DNA of 56,919 bases, the filler included, from Dirinaria sp. TL-2023a (Eukaryota), in assembly GCA_051941275.1 (NCBI GenBank). It is 2 parts of 2 records of this genome, joined end to end, with 100 filler letters (N's around TTAATTAATTAA, not from the genome) between each part and the next. Parts side by side here need not be neighbours in the genome. Positions count along the whole stretch, not along the records: positions 1 to 28,468 come from JAVEBF010000125.1; positions 28,569 to 56,919 come from JAVEBF010000126.1. One strand, 5' to 3'. Position 1 is the first letter of the stretch; each line of letters begins with the position of its first letter. A program made the position numbers and the translations under genes. The notes below the pieces were generated by a model. The model ran no database searches. It saw nothing but the letters and a program-made list of their open reading frames with translations, and was not told the origin of the DNA. Of this stretch, positions 24,428 through 36,625 are shown piece by piece.

Positions 24428-27400
24428 ATGGAGAAGATCAAGAATATTCTGTTTGTCTTCCCCCGCCAATCACTCCTTTCATATCACTAACGGCTTTAGT
24501 AATCCGGGCCACAAGAAAGACGAGGAGATCATGTATGGATCCGGCCGCTCTGATGACCCTGTTCATACCGGCGCCGCTGGTCAGGCTGAAGGAAACCCGC
24601 TCACAAGCAATCCGGTTGGCCATGATACTGCAACGTACGGAGGAGCTCAAACAGGCACAGCGGGGCCTTCCGCTACAACCTCAGCCACCTCGCGCATGCC
24701 AGGCTCATTCGGCGACGATACCGACACAACTGCTAGCGTCAAGTCGGGTGTTGTTGGCGATCCTCAAGCCAGTTCAGCGGTGACTGGATCTGGAACGACT
24801 GACCCTTTGAACACTAACAAATCCCTTCCTCGCGAGCCAGAGACGTCGGGTACCGGATATGCTTCTGGCGCTACTGGTGCTGGGCCCCACTCCTCGAGCT
24901 TAGCTAATAAAGCAGATCCAAGAGTAGATTCTGATTTGGATGGCTCGAGGCGCTTGGGCGACCGCACAACCGGGACTGCAGGGACTGGTAGCGGATTGAC
25001 TGGCACAAGCTTGCCGGATCGTGGCGTCGGAAGGTTGGTAATATTTAGTCAATACTTTTCGTACTTTGCTCATATATTGATAGCTCAAACACCGCAACAG
25101 GCTCGACCACAGGCTCCTCACACCTCGGTCGTGACGCGGCTCTTGGTGCTGGAGCTGCAGGCGTTGCTGAAGGCGCTCATCATCACCGTGAAAAGCAGGA
25201 AATCGGCGCCGGTTCTGCTCGAGAATTTCCCTTAGGTGGTAGCTCTACAACTTCTGGCTCGGGCTATCCATCTGGTACCACTGGTACGGCGACCGGATCT
25301 GGCGCTGGCTCAGCTGTGCCCACGGGCTCGTATGGCGCAGAGAGTTGGAAGCACGATCATGGCGTCCATGGACACAAATATGAAGGGGACCCATGTGGAC
25401 CTGAAGAATCTGCGCCTGGAGCACCACACTTCACTCAAGGCCCGCATGTTACTGATACTGCCAACCGTCTAGATCCTCGTGTTGGCAGCGACATTGGGGC
25501 GCCAACCGGATCAACCAACACTGGAGCGAGCCCAGTCACCGGCTCCGATTTTGGATCCTCGACCATTGGAAGTGGCCGAGGCGCGACGGGCACGGATTCC
25601 ACTCCAGCTTCCTCAACCACACGATCCGGACTTGGCTCTTCAACTACCGGTGATCGTCATCTGGGGAGAGACGCAGCTTTAGCAGGTGGCGCTGGTGCTG
25701 CAGGTGCAGGAGCCTATGAAGCAAGCCGTGACGGTCCAGCACCTACAACAGCAGGTCCCCACAAATCAGACCTATTGAACAAAGTGGACCCACGTGTTGA
25801 CTCGGATCTTTCAAAACAACGCGGTACTTCAGGTGCTGGCTCAACCGGTATCGGCCCGGGCAGCACGACCAAAGGACCAGCTTCCGGCGTGACCGGTAGT
25901 ACTAGTAGCGGCACAGCGCTCCCATCGGATGTACCTACTTCGGGCTCTTCATCGGGTCGCGACCACCATTACGGGAGAGATGTTGGTATCGCTGGCGCCG
26001 GCGCTGGCGCTGCAGGCCTCGGCGCATACGAGGCCGAGAAGCATCATCGCGGACAGCAGCCCTCCAGCACACCCTCAGACTCTTCTGGGGCTCCCTACAG
26101 CAGCTCCACAGTTGATCCGCGTGTGGACTCCACAGCGCGTTCCGAAATCTCTGACAAACCTGCTACTACAAGCACTGGTAAGGACCACCATTACGGCCGT
26201 GATGCAGGTTTAGCCGGTGCTGGTGGTCTAGCAGCATATGAAGGCCAGAAGCACCTAGGAAGCAAGCAAGATCCAGTGCAGTCATCGACTGCACCCACAT
26301 CAACCACTTCCAACACTCCTGAGCAAGTCCTGTACGATAGCGGACGCGGACCCACGACCTCGAGCCGTGATCAAGGTGTCTCTGGAACTGGACATCATCT
26401 GGGACGAGACGCTGGCGGCGCAGGTGCTGGCGCAGCGGCAGCCTATGAGGCCGACAAGCATCTAGGTCGCAAAGAGCAACCTCTCGACACCCGTGGTAGC
26501 GAAAATCGAGGCGCTTTCGAGCCTACGAGGCCAAGTGATGAGCGCACGGGACACCACTACGGACGTGATGCTGCTCTTGGTGCTGGTGGTGTTGGAGCTG
26601 GTGCCGCGGCTTACGAAGCTGGTAAGAGCCACGACGCCCAACCCCCAATAGGCACTACTACGGGCTACGATGATCAGACAGCCGTTCCCAAGCAATCTCA
26701 TACTGGCCGCGATGCGGCACTTGCCGGTGGTGCCGGTGCCGGCGCCGGCGCTCTTGCTGGACATGAGATGTCCAAGAAAGAAGCTGAGCGAGAGGCGAAA
26801 GCTCAAGAATCTCATACTGGCCGCGATGCAGCACTTGCCGGTGGTGCCGGTGCCGGTGCCGGCGCTCTTGCTGGACATGAGGTGTCCAAGAAAGAAGCTG
26901 AGCGAGAGGCAAAAGCTCAACAGAAAGAGATTGCTAAGGAGCAGAAGGCCCATGACAAGGAAATCGCAAAAGAGCAAAAGGCTCACGAGAAGGAGGTTGA
27001 GAAAGCAGAAAAGAAGCACGAGAAGGAAGTCGCCGCGGCCCAACACAAGGCCGAGAAGAAACACGAAAAGGAGCTTTCAGCGGCCGAAAAGAAGCACGAG
27101 AAAGAGCTTGAAAAGGAAGAGAAGAAGGAAGAGAAGAAGTCTCACCATGGTGGTATTCTAGGATTATTTCACCGGTGAGCCTTGTTTCTACTTTACTGGA
27201 CATTTCAAACCATCTAATATTTGACAGTGACAAGCCTGATGATGAACTGAAGCGTGAGAACTTGGAGCGTAAAGGCGAGGTTTCACCACAGGATACCGCT
27301 TCCTCGGCCACGACGGCTAGCACTGCAGGGACTGCGGGCGCCGCATCAGCCGCTGGTCTTTCCGACTACGAGCGCCACGAGCGAGCTGGCGACCATGCCG

Positions 27401-27788
27401 GCATGAGCGAAGGGGACAAGCTCCGGCAGGCGCGTGAGCACGACCGGAATCGCCTGCACAAAGACCCGCCGCCCGGCTACGTTGAGAAGAAGCTAGAAAA
27501 ATTCCACGGCGAGGGTGGATACGGCAGCGAACCTCAGCCAGTGCCTCACAATACTTCGGCCACGACTGGCGGAGACACAACGGGTTCCTCATCGTAAAAT
27601 ACCCTTTTCCTGCCGCCATCCTTGTGCAATTCTTCTAATGGTTTTTTAATTATAGCACTACTGGTCCTACCCATGGCGGCAATACCACTATCGAACCTCA
27701 CACCGGTCTTCCAATCGACACGAGTAAGGGCTCTGGTGCTGGGGGAACAGACTCGACGCCTGTTCCGGGGTACCACTCTCACCAATAG
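24428..27788 (+). CDS. Large dehydrin-like (DPR-motif) hydrophilin, G/S/T-rich with K/E coiled coil (5 exons, ~1050 aa)
   Basis: Introns 24451-24499, 25034-25083, 27175-27227 and 27594-27655 keep one frame. Repeats GPHxSxxxNKxDPRVDSD (the fungal dehydrin DPR signature) and many HxGRDAAL/GAGA repeats. Confidence 0.85.
26694..26920 (+). repeat. 114-bp intragenic tandem duplication (38 aa x2)
   Basis: Copies start at 26694 and 26808; 4 substitutions over 113 aligned bp. Confidence 0.95.
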
Positions 27789-28468
27789 GTGAATAATTAC
27801 GTGTCTTGCATCACATGAGCGAAAGAATGATGAATGAGACGAGCATGTTGCTGCTTGTTCGTTTTTTTATTTTATTTTGTTGATACTCCCTAAGCCTGTT
27901 GTTCGCTTCTTCAAAAAAGCCGATTTCAATCATCCCTTGTATGTAGATGCTGGCTATTCGACTGTTAATACCTCACGTGCATTGCCAGCATGATCAATTA
28001 ATCAACAGTCCTTCGTTAATTTCCATGATTCTTGCCGGACAAAAGATGAAGAAATTCGTCAGTCAGGTGCTCTCCGAATATTTGTACCCATCTCCCGGAC
28101 TCATTTCTCCTGGGAAGTTTTTCATCATTCATCAGGTCACTAGCACTTACTTACGCGTTCATATGATCTGTCTCTCCTCTTGTTCGCCGACCTTTCACCG
28201 GTGATCCTTTCTTTCTTTCGAGAAGAATGACACAAAGGAATTGAGGGCGCGAGATTGCATACATGCACACAGAAAGAAGGGGGTTTTTAAAACGCGTGCC
28301 CCCGTCCGTCCGTCTTTGGCTGGCCTCACTTTTAGCACGGATTGAGAGTATATGAGCTAAGGAAAGATACTCTCAGGGTTGGGGTGGGATATCTGGCTGA
28401 CGCTGATCTATCTAAAAGGTTCAAAATTAATATTGAGATAAAATGCGTATAATATCGAGACGGGACGG

Positions 28469-28568
28469 NNNNNNNNNNNNNNNNNNNNNNNNNNNNNNNN
28501 NNNNNNNNNNNNTTAATTAATTAANNNNNNNNNNNNNNNNNNNNNNNNNNNNNNNNNNNNNNNNNNNN
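28469..28568. other. Artificial contig linker / assembly gap
   Basis: 44 N + TTAATTAATTAA (stops in all six frames) + 44 N = exactly 100 bp. Confidence 0.97.
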
Positions 28569-29105
28569 CCGCAAGGACCTCCCCCGGGCCCCAGGCTCGA
28601 TGCAGCTTCTTCGCAACGGGGTAAACCTACTCCGCCTGCTTCGAAGTATCGTGAGTCTATCTCGCCATGTGACTTTTTTTTTCGAGACAGACGCTAATTT
28701 GAAGTAAAAGCGCCCGGAGATCGGACCCACATACCTGCCAAAGCCCAGCCGATACATGAAATACTCAACGCGGATTTCCAACGCGTTAAAGCTCGGGCAC
28801 CAGCGTCGTTCCGAGCCCATGTCAACGATGCGGAGAAACGGCTCAATATGCTCTACGACCACCTCAATAACGAAGATCTTTTGAAAGAAGACACTGTGCA
28901 GAGCATGGTGGAGCTGGCGCAGGCATTGCAAGCACGGGATTATGAGCAGGCTCAAGCGATTCACGTGGATATTTTCACGAAGAAAAATGACGAATGTGGG
29001 CAGTGGATGGTAAGTCGGTCCAACGGCGATCGAGTGATTAGGTGCTGACATACCTTCAAGATTGGGGTTAGACGTCTGATTGCGATGAGCCGGTCAACGC
29101 CTTGA
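28569..29105 (+). CDS. SEC31: COPII coat Sec31 C-terminal fragment (5' part lost at the gap)
   Basis: Pro-rich linker then [11 protein letters not shown]...[18 protein letters not shown]...[21 protein letters not shown]. Introns 28651-28710 and 29010-29060. Confidence 0.9.
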
Positions 29106-29622
29106 CGCAAAGACATTCGGAGAGCTGGCAGTGGCCATATCGGCCAGTGCCTTAGATGATCCAAGAATAGTATTATTGAGCACTGAGCCAGCAGACGCGC
29201 CTACTTCATGTGTGCGAAGCCTAATTCGCGTAATAAGATGGAAATCTGCCAGTAGTCACGCCTGGATCTCGGTACCTGAAAGCCGCTACTCAAGCCGGGA
29301 TTTTTCTTCTGACGTGTTGAGCCGAACCGGTACGAAGAAATCTGTACTTGCGTATTAATGCTGAGCTTGGCGTAAACCTCCTCTGCGCGCTTGCTTGAAG
29401 ACTTTTCTCATACACGTGAATCGCTGTAATCAACTGAGGGAAAGAACAGTTGATATCGACCTCGCTTGTCGATCCGTAACAGGCTTAGGCCCGCACTGCT
29501 GAAGATACGGGATTGCTGTAGTACAGTACTGACTGTACTCCATAGAAGTAGCTCTTGGCGTGGCACATGTTGACACTCCACAACCGTTGTCCGTAGTCAA
29601 GTATTCTAGTTGTACTGTAGAT

Positions 29623-30660
29623 ATGGACTCCTCACAGCCGCCCTTGCCGAATGCGGAAAGCGAAGAGTCTCTTACTCAGAGACAAGCTCGCCTTCGCCGC
29701 GAACGTCGTGAAGCCAAAATCAAAGTTGGGGGTTCCTCTCGATTGGACAAGATCACCCAAGTCTCCGGGCGGCCTCTTGAGCCTGGTACCACCAATTTTC
29801 GTTTCCAGAAGAACTAGTGTATCGTACACTGTGATGAGAGTTGAGACTGACTATCGATCGCAGCACCACCACCCCAAACCGCCTTCTCAACCGATGCTGG
29901 CGAAGGAGATACCACGAATCCCGCCCACGGCTCAGGCTCCACCCAATCACGCAGCAACGACGGCAACAATGCCGCCCCGACAGAGGCTGACATCCGCGCT
30001 CTCCTCCGTTCCGGTGCTCCGCCCCCAGGTATCAACTCTGAGCCTGACCAGCAAGGTCAAATCGAAAAGGAAGACCCTATGATGCACATGCTACAGCAAC
30101 TCATGGGTGGGATGGGGGCCCAAGGACAAGAAAGCGGCGAAGGGGCCCTACCGCCGGGACTGGCCGCCATGCTGGGTGGTGGTGCTGCCGGGGGGCCCGG
30201 TATGGCCGGACAAGAGCCTCAAGCAGCGGCAGCGACCAGTGCGTACATCTGGCGTATCCTCCATGCCGTGTCGGCTTTGATCCTAGGCGTCTACCTGACC
30301 ACGCATACGACTTTCTCTTCCACGCCCCGTCTCACAGCTTCCCGCTCGACGGCCCCTCCCCCGTCGTCGCCTGTTCCGGGCAATGCGGGACCGGAACATG
30401 CACAGCAAAACATGTTCTGGATATTCGCGGCTACGGAACTAGTATTGCAAGGTTCGAGATATTTTCTAGAGCAGGGACGAAGTCAAGAGCAGCAGGCCGG
30501 TTGGCTGGGAATGCTCGGAGGCGTGCTGCCAGAGCCGTGGAAGGGATGGATGAGGCTGGCCGTGAGGTACAAGGGCATATGGACCACCTTAGCGGAGGAT
30601 AGCATGGTAGTGGTGTTTGTACTGGGGGCTGTAGGCTGGTGGCAGGGGCTAAGTGTCTGA
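29623..30660 (+). CDS. GET2: GET complex subunit Get2-like ER membrane protein (2 exons)
   Basis: N-terminal ARLRRERREAKIKVGGSSRLDKIT motif, EDPMM.MLQQLMG, three C-terminal hydrophobic helices; intron 29786-29863. Confidence 0.78.
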
Positions 30661-31590
30661 TTGTAACGGCTTTAATTAGACGATTACAGATAATCGAGAA
30701 ATACACATTGCTCGAGAGAATTTCTGAGACAATCAAAGACGCGCAACAATGCAAGATTGATTGATCCCGATCTCTCGATGCATCAGCCAACGCTGCTTGG
30801 TCGGTAAGCCTCTTCCAGGACTTGTTTTGAGCTTGGAGACCGACCAGGCCCATTCATTCATTAATAGCTTCGCCACCAAATTGAAGGCGAGATAAGCGCT
30901 ATCATTGCCGAAAAAGTGATCTTATATCGAGCGACACTTTACACCAATTGCTTCATACTACTAAGCAAGGCACAGACAGGTAACACGATCCTTTTTTGGT
31001 CCACTTTTCACGAGCTATTGTTCCTCCCGTTGATCGGAAAGAGCTCTAGAGTTCTAGATCACACCTTGCAGCGCTTTGGCAGTAGCTGTCTTATATCGTC
31101 CAATGCAGATTCCTCGCTGACGCATACACACCAGGCCTTTAATAGAAAAACAACGACGAAATTGAGCATGCAAAGGCGAGTCTCGACTAGGCATAGCCTT
31201 CCGGCAATATCTATAATGACTTAATAAAGCCTTGTAGGTTATTTATATGTGGCAAAGGATCAGACTTGCCACCTCCAAATTGCTGATTGACGCCTCGCTT
31301 TACTAAGTCGATATCAGGAAGCGAAGCTGTGGTGGAAACAGCGAGATCTTTAGCGTTTGGACATCAGTTCGATGACGAGATGATTAGAATCATGAGCTAT
31401 ATCAAGATCCTTGGCGAAAGGAATGCATCTTGTAGGACCTGGACTGCCGCGGTATGACTGTGCATAGATTGTCTGCAGCAGCAAAGCTGATGTTTTGGAG
31501 ATATTTAATCGGAGTCTTCCGTATTTTGAGCGACGGAGCGGCGAAACTTAGTTGTCGAGTCGTACGCGCAATCGCCGCTAAAAAGTAGGT

Positions 31591-33762
31591 TCAACCAGGC
31601 AGAACATGCTGTGGGAGATGATATTAGCATTTCATACCTCGCATTTGAAGCCGAGAGACTGTTTTGGATATTTTAAATCTGCATGACATGCCGCACAAGG
31701 TAGCTCCCTTGCTTTGACATGCCATAAATTACCTTAGTCGTATCTTAGGGAGATAGAACTTACGAACTGTTGGTGAGCCACCTCGGCGAACGAAGGTATT
31801 ACCGCCCCACACAACTGACACAAAGTGCCTCTATCTGCAAATTCATCTTCATTGCTCCATTCATCATCGACCTTACGCAATGTCGCACCTGCATTGTGAG
31901 ATGTATCCTCCTCTTGACCTTGCCGCTTGGATGTAGTTTCGCCATCGTGCGGAATTTTAGCCAAACTTGGCTCCGGTGGAACATCAATGTCTTTAATCTT
32001 CCAATCCTTGAGCACTTCTTCCTGCCTTTTAAACATCCTGCCGATATCGCGCCCACTACCAGCTCCAGTTTCTGTAGTCCTGAGAGACATATTCGTTGCG
32101 CAGAGATTGACAAGGCTCAAGTCCCAGTTTGACTTTTCCGGATGAAGTTGGTGGAATAATGGTATCAGAGTCTCGGCAAGCCGAGCGGCAAGAGCTTCGA
32201 TAGTGGCGCTGAGGCTGAAGACGAATGAAGGCATGGTACAAGACTTTGATATACGGTTGAACGTCCGTGAGCGTGATCCATCAGGATTTTTAGGGGGGCG
32301 CGGTCGAGTTGTAAGACGCAATGTACGTGGATATGCGATCCATCGTCGCATGTCAATAGCGTCATGTGAAATATGTTTGGGGACCAGAATTTCGCCGTCG
32401 TCGGATTCAGCCGTAAGGTCCAGGCGCATCCTTTTTATCAAGCTGGTTCCAAGCACGATCAACTCGTTCTTCACATCTGGAATGAAATCAAGCTTGATGT
32501 AACTATCTTCCTACATGGGGTCAGATCATCGTGCCTGAATGTCTTCTCATGATCTGATCGCACAGCTTACAACGCTAATCTGCTGTGGAACGTCTTTGGC
32601 TTGCCCCACCTCACTGTCATCGATACCGTTGATCAAGCCCCAAATCTTACTGCCAAAACCTCTCGGCGCACCTGGACCTGCGAGCAGCTGATCGAGTAAC
32701 TCTGCGTTCATCCCATGGTGCAGGCGCACGTTTCGGACCGACACATTTTCTTTCGTGCCGCCGTAGACAAGGCCGGCATCGAAAGCGGCTGGGCGCTGCA
32801 ACAAATACTGCCGAATTGTTTGAGCGGTCTTGAAACCTATTCCAGGAATTTTCTCTATGTCGTGGTTGTCCAAGAAAGTCGTAACTCTACTCTCATTAAC
32901 CTCGTCTGGCCTCACACTATAAGGGGGCAATAGCGTCGTCTGTCCTTTTGGCTTATTTAGGTTTCCTACGAGCTTGGACAATAGCTTGTTCGTACTGATG
33001 CCGACAGTCGAGGTATAGCCTTTGTCCTCCTCAAGCTGATGCCTTATATGCTGAGCAAGATGTGAGCCGAGGACAAGACGCTGATACACGTCATCTAACC
33101 CACACGTCCTAGACGGTGACGATGAATATGAATTCACTATATCTTTGGTTGCAGAGGGAAATGTGTGGCCAAATGGCTTAGCACCGTCGAAAGGGAAGCC
33201 AGCCGTCGGATCGTTCCGGTCAAGGTGAAAAAATGAGGCACTCAAGCTGTTAAGATTTAAGATTTCCATATTAAAATCTACCATATCTGTGACATCGAGG
33301 AAGACCTACTCGTGTCAATACATAGTTATATATTTGCGTTGGGGTGTGAGACGCTCACTTCGTCGAAGCCCAGCCGTTCCACCTTGTTGCTCCAGACATA
33401 CTTTCTTAAGAAAGCGTAGAGCTCCTTGGAAGCATTGCGAAAGCGCGTCAAATCTTCGCCTAGCGCGATGATAACGTCTGGGCACTTCTTCTTGGCTTCA
33501 CTGACAAGCTGCAGCTTATATAACCCGCGTCGACGAGCCTCATAGTTACAGGTGACGATGATCTGCTTTTGCTGAACTGCAAAGGGGAGGTAGCGCAACC
33601 TCGGGTCTTCTCTCTCGAAAACGGCCGCATAGAAGCAGTCGTAATCCTGTCCAACCTGAGCTACGCTCGAATTTATTAACGAGGCCTTGTTGACTGGCTT
33701 ACAAAATGAATAATTACTCTATGGTCGTGCCTCCTGGGGACACCAGTCTCCAACTGTGGCAT
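31591..33762 (-). CDS. Y-family (DinB/IMS) translesion DNA polymerase, iota-like, with C-terminal UBZ-type zinc finger (5 exons)
   Basis: IIHF|DYDCFYAAV, VQQKQIIVTCNYEARRRG, ERLGFDE|VFLDVT, GISTNKLLSKL, IPGIG, QISV|EDS, CQLCG...AHQQF|HVLPG*. Introns 33647-33702, 33306-33358, 32511-32570, 31609-31763. Confidence 0.9.
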
Positions 33763-34995
33763 GACTTCATCATTGTTGTAAAGGGACAATCAAGCGTAAG
33801 CGTGGCTACAAGGAGGCCAAAAAAAGAGACCTTTCGTAGGATACTAGGAGTCATCTGTTCATTCTTGTGGGAACAGTCTGTTGTCGCTATGCCGGGCGGG
33901 GTTGTGTGTATCTCCCCTTAGGTACCTTTACCGTACGGAGTACTTCATTGTATTTTACCGAGCAGGGTACTTATCTCACTAAGATGAAATAATGGAAGTA
34001 CTGAGGTACTGAAGGGAATAAGCTAATGCTACAAGTTTCGGCCAAGTTGCCACACGGTTGCCAACCCTAACGGCTGCTAGAGCTTTAGCAGCAACGTGCA
34101 CTTTTTGTCTTTTTCCCTCTTCCCCACCTGCCTCTTATCAGAAGCATCGATTTTAAGGCTGCTCGATTTCTCTTTCTATTTTTATTTTTGGGAGCTTGAG
34201 CCTGTGGCAAATATGCAAGCCCCAAGCGCTTGCAGGGAAGAAGCGGCAGTACTGGCGTACTAGTGAGCCTGATGACACGATCGTGTGTGAAGATTGGTCG
34301 AGAGTGCGCAAACTGACTCGAGATTACTGCTACTGGCTCGAATGCGTGCTCAACAGGCAAGCTAAAGAAGCCATGCATCGATGGCTACAGCCAATCAATA
34401 AGCGTTATCTACGGCATTCATCCAGTCTCTCAGCGTCGTTTGGACCTGCGAGGCTGCGACTTGCTGGAAATCTTTCCTTCTCTGCTAATTTAACTAAACA
34501 TGTACAGTACAGTCTCTGCGATTGCCGCGTCCGACGGCCACTACTACTCGAAAATGTCAACCCCTCATCTCGACCCTCAAGGGTCGCCTCGGAGAAGCCA
34601 AATATTAATAAAGTATTTTCTGTGCCTCTTCTATTCGTGGCCATGTATCATCCATTCCCTCACGCATAGTTTTCCACCTTGCTATACTCTCAACCCAAAG
34701 ATCCTCGACCTCTCAATTCTGTTACGATGACCCGTGAGCCATTCCATATTTCCTAGAAACACGTTGATACTGTTTCGAATCCCTTCTGTCGCTTCTTTTG
34801 TTAGAAGCTACAAATGTCTCCACGTCTACATTTGTAGCCTCCGTGCTCTCTTCCGCCGCTATCTGCACTACTCCTCTCAATCACTTCCTAAAATTGTGGA
34901 TTCTATCCTTTCGGCCAACGGCCAATTGCGTAACGACGTATCAACGGTGTTTCAAACTTGCAACCTCTCACGTCTCGACATCATCATTATAGAAG

Positions 34996-36066
34996 ATGCT
35001 TCTCCTTCCATTGCGCAGCCCCCAGTATCCTCGCCCCCGTCGTGAGCATGACAACGACGACGCCGCCGCCACCGCAGCTACTATCTATCCAGCGCCTCAG
35101 AAAGGTACACAATTTTCCGAAAGCAGCTGCGGAGCGGACTCACAAAGCAACCCAATTGAAAACATGATGTCTACGCTGCCATCGACGAGGGTACCCGCGG
35201 CAAAACGTCCTAAGCTATCCCTTCAGACCTCGAGTCCCTCCACATTGCCTGCAGGTCACAAATACAAGACATCACTCAACCTCACCGTTGTCAGCCAATC
35301 GTCGACATGTGGCAACGTGTACGCCAATGCGTTTAGTTCTGCCTGTGAAAAGGCCGATGATTGGTGCTGCACTCCTTGTGATGAGAGTATCTCACCACAA
35401 TTATCGCCCGAAGACAGGGCATTGTCAAGCTCTTCAAATACCTCTGTTACAACATCCAGCTCTTGCCACACATCCCCATTCCCGATGACAACACCATATT
35501 GCCTGCCACTTGGTCCTCGGAGTATACTCCGCAACAGCCCACTGCCACGGCGACATGTCTCAGGACCGGCTACGAGAACACCGAAGCTGCTGTTCCCTCG
35601 CTCAAAGCAGGTCTGCTTTCGTGAAAGTCTCGAGGAGCTCATACCAGCATCTCCTGAGAGAGATGCGCCGAATATCTCTGAAGAATCAGATTCAGATTCT
35701 TCCGATCAGCGGCTTGAAGACGACATTGCGGAGCGAAAGGCGCTTGACCAGCTAATAGAAGATGAAACAGCCACGATTACGGCTCACGGAAGACGAAAGC
35801 GTAGACATGAGTGGATCTGGCGGCCGTTGAAGGATGATATCTTATCGCCAGGGCACCGCGACCCATTAGCTGCAGGTGTAGCCGAACGATCGCCATCTTG
35901 TGAGAGAGCGATGCCAGAAGTGAAGTGGGAAGATGCTATTTCACTAAGTCCTCAGAAACCTCTTCACAGCGCTGTGACGGCGGATGTAAGCCAAGGAACT
36001 TTACAAGATCCGTCTCTTACCTTCTCCGAAGATCCTCCAATTTCTGAGGATTCTGCAGGAACCTAA
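34996..36066 (+). CDS. Conserved fungal hypothetical protein, 356 aa, disordered with short motifs
   Basis: Single ORF with KRPKLSLQT, PRSILRNSPLP, KQVCF and RRKRRHEWIW motifs. Confidence 0.75.
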   Translation: MLLLPLRSPQYPRPRREHDNDDAAATAATIYPAPQKGTQFSESSCGADSQSNPIENMMSTLPSTRVPAAKRPKLSLQTSSPSTLPAGHKYKTSLNLTVVSQSSTCGNVYANAFSSACEKADDWCCTPCDESISPQLSPEDRALSSSSNTSVTTSSSCHTSPFPMTTPYCLPLGPRSILRNSPLPRRHVSGPATRTPKLLFPRSKQVCFRESLEELIPASPERDAPNISEESDSDSSDQRLEDDIAERKALDQLIEDETATITAHGRRKRRHEWIWRPLKDDILSPGHRDPLAAGVAERSPSCERAMPEVKWEDAISLSPQKPLHSAVTADVSQGTLQDPSLTFSEDPPISEDSAGT

Positions 36067-36376
36067 AGTTTAAAAAAAGGCGCGTCGAAAGCATTTGGCG
36101 TAGTATAAATCTTTGCGACTCTACGAAGCCAGGAGTGTGTGGTATTCCCGCCATTCCAACCGAGATCAAGTGTCAGGAGTTGAAGGAATTCATGAGCGTA
36201 TTATACCCACGGCAGATTTAAGAACCTTCTATAGCATGAATCAAGCAAAGTTTTTGGTCTTTGATCATGAAGACTCCCAGGTGCGGATTTCGTGGCGTGT
36301 TTCCAAGAGACACGAAGTACCCTGAGGTCCGTGTTCGCATCGAAAGTCCCCGGTATCCGGGACGATGTTCGTGGGG

Positions 36377-36422
36377 AAAAAAATAAAAAAAGAAAAAAAA
36401 AAAAAAAAAAGGAAAAAAAAAA
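36377..36422. repeat. Poly(dA) tract upstream of the amidohydrolase gene
   Basis: About 45 bp of almost pure A, ~200 bp before the ATG. Confidence 0.85.
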
Positions 36423-36625
36423 GGGAAGGGGGTCAACGTGTGTATTAAGTACAGTAGTGTAGAATGAGGTAGTAAGGCTCTCGGATGCCAAGGGTGTCCA
36501 CGTGCTTAGCGGCGAAATTGCCAAAGTGCAACTCGAGCAAGTAGACGATGTAGGCTCAGAGAGTTGAAATGATTTCATCGCAAGTTCTTTAAAGACCCTG
36601 CTAAGAAGGTTGGCCCGTACCTATA

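Noticed and set aside
28513..28524. TTAATTAATTAA as a piggyBac target or biological palindrome
   Set aside because: Centred in an exact 100-bp N linker; assembly artefact.
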